From positions 2,720,001 through 2,784,000 of the forward strand of contig OZ219747.1 in NCBI GenBank assembly GCA_964291265.2: 64,000 bases of DNA, read 5' to 3'. Origin of the DNA: Alphaproteobacteria bacterium (GTDB taxonomy: Bacteria; Pseudomonadota; Alphaproteobacteria; SP197). The notes below the pieces were generated by a model, which did no database searches, was not told the origin of the DNA, and saw only the letters and a list, made by a program, of their open reading frames with translations. Position numbers and translations under genes: made by a program. Below are positions 21,987-32,944 of this stretch, piece by piece (within the stretch, counting starts at the first letter, position 1; each line of letters opens with the position of its first letter).

Positions 21987-23258
21987 TCAGCCGGCCGCCG
22001 TGTGCAGGCATGCGTTCCGCCGGAAATCCGTCGAGACGCCGACATGGGCCGCGAGATGGCGTGTCAGGTCGCATGCATCGTCTCCCGCTCCATGGATGAA
22101 ACTCGACTTGCGGCGACGCAGGAATGTCAGCCCGATGCGGTAGAGTCCCGGAGCCACCACACCTCCATCGTGAAGCAGACGGCCCTTGCGGTCGAACACC
22201 GGAAGACGAAGCCACGAATGGTCCGCCACAAAACCGGTGGTCCAGATCACGCTTCGAGTGCCCTCCCGGGCGAAGTCGAGCACCAGGTCCGGCGAATCGG
22301 GAATGCGCGTGGGGTCCGGCCGGTCCGGCGCCTCCACCACGCCATCAAGCCCGTGGCAGGCGGCCCACTCGTCGAAGGTGTCGAGGAGACGGCCCTGCTT
22401 GAGATCCGCCAGGGCGCACTTGTTGGCCAGAGAACCGGAGAACTGGGCCTGTCCGTCGGCGATGCCGGCCAGACGTCCCACCAGCCGGACGCCATCCGCT
22501 GTCAGCGCGTTGAGGTCGAGTGTGCTCCTCGGCACCCTGCCGGCCAGTTGCGGAGACGGCACGCGGCGGGCCCGCTCGATATCCTCGATCTCGTCCCAGC
22601 GTTCGTCGTGAAGACCCGAACGGTCGAGCCACCAGAAGATGTCCCGCCCCCGGTACAGTCTCGGCATGCGCACATGCTCGCCGACGGCGAGGGTGACCGG
22701 ACGCCCCGAGTGCTGCACCTCGTCGGCGATCTGCACGCCGCTTGCCGATGCCCCGACCACCAGGACGCCCCCCGGAGGGAGGCTGGACGGAGAGGTGTAG
22801 TCGAAGGGTGTCAGCGACTCGACGTCGACGGGCAGGGAGGGAGCGAAGGCCGGTAGCCGGGCCATGTCGAAGCCGCCCGAGGCGATGACCACGGCGGAAC
22901 ACGCAATGGAGCCCCGATCGGTGGTCACCTCGTAGCCGCCCGCCGATGGCGTCACCGATTCGACATTCGTGCGTGTCATGAGCGCCGGGCTGACGAGACG
23001 CGCGTAGCGTTCCAGGAAGGAGACGACTCCCGCCATGTCCATGTAGCCGTCAGGATCATCGCCGTCATAGGCCAGCCCCGGCAGGCGGGTCAGCCAGTTC
23101 GGCGTGAGAAGCCTGAGCGCCTCCCAGCGACCGGTGCGCCAGGAGTGGCCCACCTCGCCGCGCTCGACGACCACGTGTTCGATGCCGAGCGCGGCGAGGC
23201 AGTGACTTGTCGCAAGACCGGCATGACCGGCGCCTATGACGACAGCGGTCGTGCGCAT
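21987..23258 (-). CDS. Flavin-containing monooxygenase / NAD(P)/FAD oxidoreductase
   Basis: VIGAGHAGLA FAD motif, RWEALRLLTPNW, VVGASASGVQIADE. Confidence 0.88.
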   Translation of the reverse strand: MRTTAVVIGAGHAGLATSHCLAALGIEHVVVERGEVGHSWRTGRWEALRLLTPNWLTRLPGLAYDGDDPDGYMDMAGVVSFLERYARLVSPALMTRTNVESVTPSAGGYEVTTDRGSIACSAVVIASGGFDMARLPAFAPSLPVDVESLTPFDYTSPSSLPPGGVLVVGASASGVQIADEVQHSGRPVTLAVGEHVRMPRLYRGRDIFWWLDRSGLHDERWDEIEDIERARRVPSPQLAGRVPRSTLDLNALTADGVRLVGRLAGIADGQAQFSGSLANKCALADLKQGRLLDTFDEWAACHGLDGVVEAPDRPDPTRIPDSPDLVLDFAREGTRSVIWTTGFVADHSWLRLPVFDRKGRLLHDGGVVAPGLYRIGLTFLRRRKSSFIHGAGDDACDLTRHLAAHVGVSTDFRRNACLHTAAG

Positions 23259-23265
23259 GGCGCGT

Positions 23266-23829
23266 TCAGGTTACCTCGACGGTGACGTTGGTCGGATTGG
23301 TGACGATGTCGAAGACCGCCGAACGCTTCTGCGACTGGGCGACAAGCGAGCGGATGTCCTCTGGCGAGGCATCGGCATCGATGTCGTAGGTGACGCGGAC
23401 CCGGTTGAAGCCGTTCCTGACCTCCGGGTCGGCTCCCAGGATTCCCTGGATATCCATGTCGCCCTCGACCGTGGCCCTGACCGAGTTCAACTGAATGTCC
23501 CGGTTCTGAGCCACGGCGGCCACACCGGCGGTGAGGCAGCTGGCCAGCCCGACGAGAACGATCTCGACGGGCGTCGCCGCATTGTCCTCGGCTGCGAAGA
23601 CGAGCGGGTGGTCGGCTTCGAAGTCGAACTCCGACCTGTGCGCATGTTCGGCGCCGAGCCCGTGGTAGCTCTTGACCGATGAGCGGGAGTGGGTGCCGTG
23701 GACCCACTCGTTGGTGGCACGCCAGACGAACCGGCCGGCCTCCGGGGTTTCGGCAAGGACCTTGCGGGCGTCGAGCAAGGCCTCGACGTTGACGCCGTTC
23801 TGGGCCGGCTTGACCTGTACTTCAGTCAT
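23266..23829 (-). CDS. OsmC-family protein
   Basis: NGVNVEAL, PVEIVLVGLASC, GDMDIQGILG and RSAVFDIVTNP; AGGAG RBS. Confidence 0.88.
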   Translation of the reverse strand: MTEVQVKPAQNGVNVEALLDARKVLAETPEAGRFVWRATNEWVHGTHSRSSVKSYHGLGAEHAHRSEFDFEADHPLVFAAEDNAATPVEIVLVGLASCLTAGVAAVAQNRDIQLNSVRATVEGDMDIQGILGADPEVRNGFNRVRVTYDIDADASPEDIRSLVAQSQKRSAVFDIVTNPTNVTVEVT

Positions 23830-25179
23830 GACTGTCTCCTTTTCCGGGATCGGGGTTGGCAACGCAGGAGCGCGACATCCCGAACGCCAGGAGAGGAGCC
23901 CGATGCGAACAGGGCACGCAGCAGACGAATGTGAAGGACCTGGAATCTGAAGACGGATTCAATCATCCGACGGCACTCCACTCTCAACTCCTACGCGCTC
24001 TGAAGAGCGCCGAGAGCGGTGTGACCGCATATCGGCTGACTCATCGATCAGGCATTGGCACCGTCAAGACGGTTGCCGCGGCTTCGAAGGGCCTGTCCCT
24101 CCACCGCTCTGGATGAGCGCGTCCTGTATCGCCACTGTGAAATCAGCGCCTGGATACTGTCAAGCGAATTGTTCCGATTTTCCGTCGAGACGCATGATCC
24201 TTGCCATCCAGGACACGACGTTCTTGAATTACAATGGCTTGGAGGCGACCGAGGGTCTTGTCGACATCGGCGGCGGCTCGGGCAGCCGTCTCGAGCCGGA
24301 TCAGGAGCAGGGCGGACGACAAGGAGAGCCGGCGCTGGCTCGACGGATACGACAAGGCCGTGGAACTGGCCGCTGCCTGTCCTTCGACAAGGGTGCTGGT
24401 GATCTGTGACCGTGAAGGCGACATCTGGGACCTGCTGGCCCGGAGCACGGAGCACGAGGCCGGTCTGCTGGTGCGCGCCAGGCGCTGCGGAGGGCCGCGT
24501 CGTCGCAAGGAGCGCAAGGGCGTGCGCCTCGAAGTCCGCGCCGCAAGGGTCGACCTGGCTCCGCCGGACAAGAAGCCTCAGGCAACGCCGCCGCTCTCCA
24601 TGATGGCCATGCGGGTCACGGAACCCGCCCCACCGCCAGGCCGCGATTCTCTCGACTGGATGCTGCTCACCACCGAAGGCGACGTCACCGCAGACGATGC
24701 CCTCAAGACCGTCTCCTTCTACGAGAGGCGATGGTGGATCGAAGAGTACTTCAAGGCCCTGAAGGTCGGCACCCGGATCAAGGACCGGCGCCTCAACCAG
24801 GCCGACGATCTGAAAAAGTGTCTGGCCTTCGACGCCATCACCGCATGCCGCGTCATGACCATCGAGCGCCTCGCACGCTCAAGAGCCCCGACACCGGCAA
24901 GCAGCATCGTCCACCGCGACGAGATCACGGTCCTTGCCATCCACAACCGGCCGACAGCTCACGCCGCATGGACCTCCCGATCCCGAACCGACCATCGAAG
25001 CCTTCGCCGTCGAGGTCGCACGCCTGGCAGGCTTCATCCCCAGAAAGCGTCAACCTTTGCCGGGAACCGAGAAGCTCTGGCGTAAGCGTTCGGCCGTTCG
25101 GTGATGGCTGATTTTGGTTGGTTTGGGTCTTGCTGACTATCGTCTGAGAAAGTGCTGGTAAACTCGTTTGGTCTCGATT

Positions 25180-27621
25180 ATGGTCGAGGCCATGAAGACT
25201 TTTGCCGAGACGCGCGGAGCGACACAGCAGCTGACGGGAGGTGGTGACGGCCTATGTCGGGCGTCAGCGGCCTTGTCATGCGAGGCGCCTGACTGGCGTG
25301 CGCTCTATGAGGCGGAGCGGGTTCGTGCGGATGCGGCGGAAGCGCGTATGCGGTGTGCCAGGCGAACTGGCGGAAGGTAGGGGGTGAAAGTCCCCTGGAA
25401 CGAAGGAGTAACCAAACCACGTTTCTCCGCGAGCCGTGCGTCGGTTCCCGCGAGGGGGCAGGCGAAGCGTCGGTAGCGGTACGGATGGGCAGGGCTAATG
25501 AGCACCGAAAAAGCTATCATCCGGGGTGCCGAGGCTTTCGCATTGGTCGAAGGCAACATCGCAGGCATCGATTTGGTGAGATGTCGGCGAGCCCCGCGGT
25601 GTCAGAGAACCCATGCACGTCCGCACGCCTTCTGTTGGGACCCTGGGAGATCTTCAAACCGTCCCGCCGGTTGTGGCGGGACCGCATGGGGAAGGAGAAA
25701 ACCGAAGCCTATGATGTACGGTTTGAAGAAGTCGGATGAGGCCGTAGTACCTGTGAAGGCGGCGAACAAGGAAGCGTTAGCTTCTGCGGAGTCGCTGGAG
25801 GAAAGGGCCTCAACCAAGGGGAATCCGGGACGCTAAAGCACGCACCGAACGCAGTGTCGGGCAAGCGTGCCACAGGCGGCGGATCGGATACGGGAAGCCG
25901 CAGGCTAGTCCAGTGGTTTGCCGTCCAGTACCCGAGGTAGGAGCCGGATGGATTAACGTCCACGTCCGGATCTGCGCGGGGGGTGCGCAGCAATGCGCAT
26001 CCCTACCGCGTCTGACCTGCGCCGTGCGAAGAATTCTGCCCGTGCCCGTGCGGGCACATTCAAGTTTCATCTCGACCGCACTCGTGATCAGCTCAAGGAG
26101 GCTCGCCGGGAGGTGAAGCGTGGACAGGCCCGAGCGGAGGCGCTGGAGCAGGAAAGGGACGCTCTGAAGCTCAAGAACGCTGAACAGGCGAGCGAGCTGA
26201 GGAATCTCCGCGGGACGCGTGCCAAGCACGCGACGGCGCGCTTCGGGTCGAAGAGCGAGAAACGGAAGAAGAAGGAAGGCACCGGGAACAAGCGGGGTCA
26301 GCAACCCGGCAAGAGCGGCCACGGGCGCACTCCGCGTCCGAAGCTCAAGGAGAAGCACGAACGCCATGATCCACCGGCATCGCAGCGCACGTGCCCGTGT
26401 TGCGGCGAGCCCTATGTGGCCAACGGCAGCCACGAGACCTCGATCATGGAGGTCCATGTCAAGGCTCATATCCGGCGGATTGAACGTGGGCGTTGACGCC
26501 GTGGTTGTCAGTGTTCGTCGGCGCCTGCGGAGATCATCGCGCCGCCACCTTTGCGCTTGCTTGCGAATACCCCCTTCGGCATCAGTGTCTGGGAATGCGT
26601 GCTCTATGAGCGCTTCGCCTGCTTGCGTCCCCTGCGCCGGGTCTCGCGATGGCTGGAAGACCAGGGACTGCCGATGGCGCCGGGAACGATCGCTGGCGGC
26701 ATGAAGAAGATGACGCCGATGTTCGCGCCTCTCGCGCAGGCCATCCTCGATCATCAGAACCGGCTGACGGTGCGCCACGGCGACGAGACCAGCTGGCGCA
26801 TCCAGTCCCTCAAGGCCTCGGGGCGCTCGCAGAAGGCCTGGCTGTGGACCGCGGTCAGCGCCGACTCCGTCTTCTTCCTCATCGACCCGTCACGCAGCAC
26901 CCGGGTGGCCATGGTGCTGTTCGCCTCCACCGAAGGCACCGTCTTCCTTGTCGATCGCTACGCGGTCTACAGGAAACTGGAGCGCGAGCTTGATGGCAAG
27001 GTGATCCTCTGCTTTTGCTGGGCGCACTCCAGGCGCGATGTGATCGAGGCTGCGGCAGGCCAAGAGGGGCTGGAAGAGTGGTGCGACAAGTGGCTCGACA
27101 GGATCGCGCTGATCTACACACTGAATGGGCAACGGCTGAAGCACTACGATCCCGCACGCAAGCGTCAGTCAGCGAGGTTCAATGCCCTGCAGAAGGACCT
27201 TCGTGCGGCTGTCGAGGCGCTGTTCAGGCAGGCTCAGGAGGAACTCGACGCCTTGCCCGAGGGTGCACGCGAAGCGAAGCCCTTGCGTTCCCTGATCCGT
27301 CACCGCGAGGGACTGTGCGTCTTTGTCGACCATCCCCAGGTGCCCATGGACAACAACTTTGCCGAGAGAGCCCTCCGGGGTGCGGTGACCGCGAGAAAGC
27401 TGAGCTTCGGCTCCGACAGCGAGGAAGGCGCCGCCTTCACCGCCATCATGTACTCGGTCATCGGCACCCTTGCCATGAACAACATCAATGTTCGGCGCTG
27501 GCTTCATGAGTGGCTTGAGGCCTGCGCGCAGAACGGCGGCAAGCCGCCGGATGACCTCGACCCGTGGCTGCCATGGTCGATGACCCCGGAGCGCCGACGG
27601 GACCTCACGGAACCGGGGTGA
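25180..27621 (+). pseudogene. IS66 TnpC transposase interrupted by a group II intron and an in-frame TGA (26494-26496)
   Basis: CPCCG zinc finger, HGDETSW, CWAHSRR and MDNNFAERALR; the segments 25168-25352, 26013-26493 and 26497-27621 join in one frame; start codon uncertain. Confidence 0.9.
25353..26012 (+). ncRNA. ORF-less group II intron (resembles bacterial class E)
   Basis: 5' GTGTG; domain V GAGCCGGATG...CACGTCCGGATC (25941-25972); domain VI GGTGCGCAGCAATGCGCATCCCTACC; candidate EBS1 CGCAT (25539-25543) complementary to exon end ATGCG; removal restores the IS66 frame. Confidence 0.9.
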
Positions 27622-27965
27622 TCGAGTGCCGTTACGACGGCCGTGACTTCACCGCGCACGAGATGGAGCTGTTGCGATCCCTGATCACCCAGCACCCCAC
27701 CCGTGCGGCCATCGCCCGCGCCTTCTGCCGCAAGACCGGCTGGTACAAGCCCGACGGCGGCCTCAAGAACATGATGGCGAGTGTCACCTTCCTGGCCATG
27801 CACCGCGCTACACAGGCGCCGTCTACAAGGCGTCGGGTTGGATCCATGTCGGCACCACCAAGGGGCGCGGACGCTACGATACGCACAGGAAACTCGACAA
27901 ACCAAAAAAAGGACATCTGGCTGAGGCCTCTCCGCAAAGACTGGAAACTCATCCTCAACCGGTGA
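27618..27965 (+). pseudogene. DUF4338 (DruA-like) gene with internal deletion
   Basis: N-terminal RYDGRDFT...FCRKTGWYKPDGGLK..MHR joined directly to C-terminal YTGAVYKASGWIHVGTTKGRGRYD...KDIWLRPL (frames differ). Confidence 0.75.
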
Positions 27966-28086
27966 ATATCACCAACAATCACTGCGCGACCGAACGCTTA
28001 CGCTCTGGCAGGGATACAAACTCCTTCTCAACGTCGTCGAAAATTACCGAAAGATACGGAAGCTCGATATGTTGAAAAGATTCTGG

Positions 28087-28114
28087 TTAGTGACGGCCGG
28101 AGCGCCGTCACTAA
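28087..28114. repeat. 28-bp palindrome, copy 1
   Basis: TTAGTGACGGC-CGGAGC-GCCGTCACTAA, preceded by AAGATTCTGG; identical to 35921-35948. Confidence 0.9.
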
Positions 28115-28535
28115 GCGGGTTTGGACGAAGGCCGCGCTGCCCCGGTGTCGACATGCAGAAGGACGGATTTAACAGTGTTCGGTTGAAAGGGTGGTTTCCC
28201 TTCACAAGGTCGCCGACCACTTCGCTGCCCGTCGCGCCATCAGCGAGTGAATCGGCATCTAGTACCCGGAAGCCTCGCCCGACCTCCGGCGAGTAACAAC
28301 CTGCCGAGGCCTAGCGCAGCGACATATCTGTGGATAGGATGGGCAAACTGCTTGAGCCTTGCCCGCATGCCCACAGGCACAAAAACCGCAGCAAGAAGAT
28401 CGATCGAGAGGATCCCGATGGTCTGAACTTCAAGCGGAAACCACCCGGAATCAGTCACCAATCTGTCCGACGAACCGGGATTACCTCATATTGTGCGTGA
28501 CTTCGGAAGATAGTGCTTCAATGCCGTCCGTCGAA

Positions 28536-29489
28536 TCAGAATGGTATTTCCTCGTCATCTTCATTTTCGCCGTGACGGTCGTTTTGTCCCCCCGAGAGCC
28601 GATCCGTTCCACTCAGCACGAACCAAATCAGTGAAAACAGTCGCATGAATAGATATTCCTTCTCGCCGTCATTTTCCACTGGCTCCTTCCCAATCTCCGA
28701 GTGCCGGATTCGCAACTTATTGCCAATCATAGTCAACGTCTCAAATTCATGCTCAATTTTCGAGCGGAACACAGCACCGCAACCGGCAGCCGCCTTGTCA
28801 ATCAGCCTTTTAACCGATGTTTTCTTGTTTCCTGCCCCTTCGATGGTCTTTAGTCGTTCGAAAGCGTCCCACAGCTTCTCAAGTGCGTCCTGCCTTGTTT
28901 CCGGTTTGGGCAGCACGAACCGTTTGACCGCTGCATTAAGAAGGTCATCGAGCTCCTGATCGCCGGATCGAAAAGTTGTGCACCTTAGCTTCTCAATCAT
29001 CGGTGTCGGAATTGTTCGTTCGACAATGCCCATGTTGTTCAACTCATAGGCAAGACCGTTGCGGGAGAAGAGACGATTGATTTCTTCGACGAAATTCTGC
29101 AGCCCCACTTCCCTGTCGAGCTTCAAGTGATTGTGCTTGAAGTATTCGTGCCAACCGATTGATGTTGGCTGCGCGATATGTCTTGCCACGAATTCAATCA
29201 AATCCAGTATTGCGGGTGTTTTCGGCACGTGGTCTCGAGATGGTTTCCAATCGTGCTCGTTATCGGTGAGATCACCGATTTCGGCACGAATCGCATCTGT
29301 CATGGCCTGCGATGCTGTCCCCTCAATGGCGTTTCCGTCCGGGCAGTGAGACGGGAAACCGTAGGCAAGAGATCCATTGCCGATCTTTATTTCGATCAGT
29401 GAAAGGATTCTTCTCCAAACAACCATGTCGATAGTTTCTTTGACTTTTGGTTCCTGACCTAACTCGCGATCTGAGTAGTAGTCGATCAT
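28536..29489 (-). CDS. AbiJ-N-terminal-like domain plus HEPN/Abi-C-like domain protein (candidate abortive-infection effector)
   Basis: YYSDRE..., CPDG, EINRLFSRNGLAYEL, ALEKLWDAFERLKT and IGNKLRIRHSE; visibly lower GC than the flanks. Confidence 0.7.
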   Translation of the reverse strand: MIDYYSDRELGQEPKVKETIDMVVWRRILSLIEIKIGNGSLAYGFPSHCPDGNAIEGTASQAMTDAIRAEIGDLTDNEHDWKPSRDHVPKTPAILDLIEFVARHIAQPTSIGWHEYFKHNHLKLDREVGLQNFVEEINRLFSRNGLAYELNNMGIVERTIPTPMIEKLRCTTFRSGDQELDDLLNAAVKRFVLPKPETRQDALEKLWDAFERLKTIEGAGNKKTSVKRLIDKAAAGCGAVFRSKIEHEFETLTMIGNKLRIRHSEIGKEPVENDGEKEYLFMRLFSLIWFVLSGTDRLSGGQNDRHGENEDDEEIPF

Positions 29490-30447
29490 GCTGGAGACTC
29501 CGCTTTCTGGTCCAAGGTGTTTTTCGTTGCAAACTCCATATCTGCGCTCGAATTATGGCGGTCAGCCAGCTCTAGTCGCCACCAAGATCGGCCTTACGAT
29601 TTTCCGGGGAAGGGTGCCATTTCTCGGGGCGCAAATTCTACGCGGCGTCTATCGATCCGGCTGGAAACACTCGGAGCGGATCATCAAGATAACGGTCTTT
29701 CTGATAAGAGTCGAATCGTTCGAGGCTGTTGGCGGTGACGTAACTGGCCAGTTGTGCTTATGTGGGCAAGCCTGAATCTTGCGCCTTGCTAGTTTCGTCT
29801 GTTCTGCGCGCAACCTCGACGCACTGCCTCCTGCACCAGTGGGTCTGACGCCGTGGTAACAGGTGCATTGTGGACATCTGCGTCACACGCCGGCGGCGCT
29901 GTACGCGCGAGCCCTTTCCCGGTCCAACACCGCGGCAATGCGGGATGCAGCCGTCATGTCGTCCCGGTCGTTCACATGAGTGATGGTGAGCCGCTCCGCC
30001 GCGTGACGGGTTGCATGACCAACAGGCCGAGGGCCGGAACCGGCGCCTGGACAGATCGGCCCGGACACCGGCAGACCACACTCCCTCGCACCGCGGCACT
30101 GCTTCTGTCGGGAGTGTTCACCACATCCTCTCCATGATCGACCACCGGCAATCCGCCTCCTCGCCGTGACATGGTCGACGCTTCCGGGTCAACCGAAGAG
30201 GGCACATGGTCGTTTGCAGGGCGTTCGAACAGCACCTTGCGACAGCGGTCGGGTTGGCGGGTCCATTCGGTGAACGGAGCCGGTCGTTCGACGGTCTCGG
30301 CCGCGTCGCAGCGTTGTTCGAAGACGGCCATGTCGCCGGGTGCTGGCCCTCGAGGGCACTCACCCCGCTCGACGGGCATGAGGCCGCGGATCCTTCCGGC
30401 CGGGCGCGGTCGACCGACAGAGCGGACCCGGTGGACCGGCGAAGCCG

Positions 30448-30645
30448 TCATGCAGCCAGGATGTGGCCGTTGAGGAGCTGCGGCCTGTGCCGGGGAGTCG
30501 GACCGGGGAGCGAACGGACAAAGGGGGCGACCTGATCGCGGCTGAGCCCGATGTCGCGCAACTGCTCGTTGGAAAGGGCCTCGAGCTGCCGGCGGGCGCG
30601 CCGCACGTCCCAAGCGTGGCGAATATGAAGGAGAAGACCTGACAT
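30448..30645 (-). CDS. DUF1127 small protein
   Basis: RRARRQLEALSNEQLRDIGLSR signature. Confidence 0.85.
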   Translation of the reverse strand: MSGLLLHIRHAWDVRRARRQLEALSNEQLRDIGLSRDQVAPFVRSLPGPTPRHRPQLLNGHILAA

Positions 30646-30812
30646 CGGTGCTGTCCCGGTGATGGTTGTTGAGCCGGTATCGCAGGTAGGTCGCCGCGCA
30701 CCGGGACGCCAGCGCTGTTACGGCACCGCGGTCATGTCGGCCATGCATACCGGGACATCCATCCGGGCAGCGCCATGCATTTCTCCGTTGGCAACCATGC
30801 ACGTGGCTCGCA

Positions 30813-32885
30813 TCATTCCTTGCAGCGGACGAGAACATCGACCGCCATGGCGCCGCGGGCGTGGACGATCAGCGGGTTGACGTCGAACTCTTCCAGGCAG
30901 TCTCCAAGAGAGGCGGCGAGTCGGGAAAGACGCGACACGGCTTCCGCCAGGGCCAGTCGGTCGAGGGGCGGCCGTCCGCGTACACCGTCAAGGACTGCCG
31001 AGACCTTCAACCGGCCGATCAGTGCATCGGCCTCCTCGATGTCGACCGGTGGAACGAACATGAAGGCATCGTCGAGAACCTCGACCAGAATGCCGCCGGC
31101 GCCGATGGTCATGACCGGTCCGAACACCGGATCGTTGATCATGCCGACAATCATCTCGACGCCGTCGGGTGCGGTCTCCTGGACCAGGACCTCGGGGCCG
31201 AGAGCGGATGACATGGTGCGCCAGGCCTCGCGGAGTGCGTCATCGCCCGCCAGCCCGGTGACCACTCCGCCGGCCTCCGTCTTGTGAGCGATGGTGCGGT
31301 CCGCTGTCTTCAGGACAGCCGGGCGGCCGGCGAATTCCAGGGCCGGAGCGAGATCATCCTCGAAGCGGCATGTGCGTGTTCGTGGCACCTCGAGGCCCAT
31401 GGCTGCCAGGAGAGCGAGAAGATCCTCCGGTCGAGGGGGAGCGGAGGCGAGTTCACGGCGCCAGCGCTCGAGAATGTCCCGTGGCAGAGGAGCTGCCGGC
31501 TTGCGGCGTGTGCGCCGTGCAGCATGCCAGGCGATGAGGTGGCGGATGGCCCTGAGGCCCGTCAACGTGCCGCAGAGCACCGGGATGCCGGCCTCGCGCA
31601 GTCGTCGGGCTTCTTCGTCATCGATCGTCGACGTGATGTTCCCCATCATCATGCATGGTTTCGTCGATGTGCGGTGCGCTGTCTCCAGGGCCCGGCAGGA
31701 CCGGTGAAGGAGTTCACGGCCGCTCACCATGTTGGTGGCGAACACCACCATGCCGGCCTCGTCGGCGTTGCCGAGAATGCCGGTGACCTGCGGCAGGGAT
31801 TCGAAGCCGCTCTCGCCCCAGTAGTCGACGGGATTGACGGGATCGAGTCCGGGGTCGAGAACCTCGGCAAGCGCCTGGCTCGTGGCAGGAGAAAACGTGG
31901 CGAGAGGCACGTTCTCGCGTTCGGCAAGGTCCGTGATGAGCTGGCGTTCGCCTCCGGAATCCGTCTGCACGGCCACCGTGTCGACGGTGGGAACCCGACC
32001 ACAGGCAACGGCCTCCAGCGTGTCCATCATCTCATCTGGTGTATCCACCGCAATGACGTTGTGGCGGCGGAAGACGGCATCCAGAATCCTCTCGTCACCG
32101 GCGATGGCACCGCTGTGGGTGAAGGCGAAGGCGCGGGATGTCGCAGAACGGGCCAGCTTGAGGGCGACAAGGGGAATGCCGGCGGAGTCGGCAGCCTCGA
32201 TGGCAGCGAGGAAGCGTTCACCGTCGCGCACGGTTTCCAGGACCATGGCAATGGCCGACGTGGTCTCCTCGGTGACGAGATGGTCGAGGTAGTCGGCGAC
32301 GCCTGTCACGAGTTCGTTTCCGGCCGATATGCCCGTGGAAAAGTGCATGGAACGCTTGTTGGCGCCGAGGCCGGACCATGTCGAACCGCTGTGGGAGACA
32401 AGGCCGACGCGGCCTGGCCGGTCCAGTCCCGGAAGATCGGACAGGGAGAGACGGACATCCGATCTGGTGTTGAAGAGGCCCATGCAGTTGGCGCCGCAGA
32501 CTGCCATGCCCGCTTCCCTGGCCATGGCGGCTATCCGCCCCGGCAGTGTCCGGCCACCATCTTCCGCCGTGACCAGGCGGCCGAGCAGGACGGCGCCCTT
32601 CACGCCCGCGGCGGCGGCATCCTCCATGGCTGCAGCGACGCTTGAATCCGACACCGCCATGATGGCGCAGTGAGGGGTTTCGGGAACGTCTTTCAGCGAC
32701 GCATGACAGGGACGACCCAGCACCTCGTCATGACCGGGATTGATGGCAACGACGGTACCCGTGAATCGTGGTCCTGCAGCATGTTCGATGATCCGCCGGC
32801 CTGCCGCGCCCTCTCTGGGGGTGGCTCCGACAACTGCCACTCTTCGCGGGTTCAGCAGCGCCTCGAGAGCCGTCATCCTCGACAT
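30813..32885 (-). CDS. ADP-forming acyl-CoA synthetase (acetate-CoA ligase family)
   Basis: VAVVGAT, GANCMG, THSGAIAG, HKTEAGGV, DPVFGP and DVNPL. Confidence 0.9.
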   Translation of the reverse strand: MSRMTALEALLNPRRVAVVGATPREGAAGRRIIEHAAGPRFTGTVVAINPGHDEVLGRPCHASLKDVPETPHCAIMAVSDSSVAAAMEDAAAAGVKGAVLLGRLVTAEDGGRTLPGRIAAMAREAGMAVCGANCMGLFNTRSDVRLSLSDLPGLDRPGRVGLVSHSGSTWSGLGANKRSMHFSTGISAGNELVTGVADYLDHLVTEETTSAIAMVLETVRDGERFLAAIEAADSAGIPLVALKLARSATSRAFAFTHSGAIAGDERILDAVFRRHNVIAVDTPDEMMDTLEAVACGRVPTVDTVAVQTDSGGERQLITDLAERENVPLATFSPATSQALAEVLDPGLDPVNPVDYWGESGFESLPQVTGILGNADEAGMVVFATNMVSGRELLHRSCRALETAHRTSTKPCMMMGNITSTIDDEEARRLREAGIPVLCGTLTGLRAIRHLIAWHAARRTRRKPAAPLPRDILERWRRELASAPPRPEDLLALLAAMGLEVPRTRTCRFEDDLAPALEFAGRPAVLKTADRTIAHKTEAGGVVTGLAGDDALREAWRTMSSALGPEVLVQETAPDGVEMIVGMINDPVFGPVMTIGAGGILVEVLDDAFMFVPPVDIEEADALIGRLKVSAVLDGVRGRPPLDRLALAEAVSRLSRLAASLGDCLEEFDVNPLIVHARGAMAVDVLVRCKE

Positions 32886-32944
32886 TCCGTCTCAACACGG
32901 GCATGGAACGGTCTCGCAGTCCCGGGGTCAAGAGCGAAACAGGC

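Larger units (their letters stand above)
25082..28001 (+). mobile_element. IS66-family element carrying a transposase and a DUF4338 remnant
   Basis: TIRs GTAAGCGTTCGG / CCGAACGCTTAC; 8-bp TSD GCTCTGGC at 25074-25081 and 28002-28009. Confidence 0.93.
24181..28086 (+). pseudogene. IS4-family (IS50/Tn5-like) transposase remnant, frameshifted and split by an IS66
   Basis: LAIQDTTFLNY, KESRRW, ICDREGDIW and YERRWWIEEYFKALK; C-terminus LAGFIPRKRQPLPGTEKLW|QGYKLL resumes after base 28009. Confidence 0.88.

Noticed and set aside
26494-26496. In-frame TGA in the IS66 transposase as recoding or selenocysteine
   Set aside because: TGA is the normal stop throughout the window; a TGG to TGA nonsense change in a decayed element is simpler
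27618-27965. Druantia defence system
   Set aside because: The DUF4338 pieces lie inside IS elements and no DruE-like helicase or other dru genes accompany them
29900-30447. Cuckoo-type (CCUCCUCCC) sRNA repeats downstream of the DUF1127 gene
   Set aside because: No repeated GGGAGGAGG on the plus strand, which minus-strand copies would require
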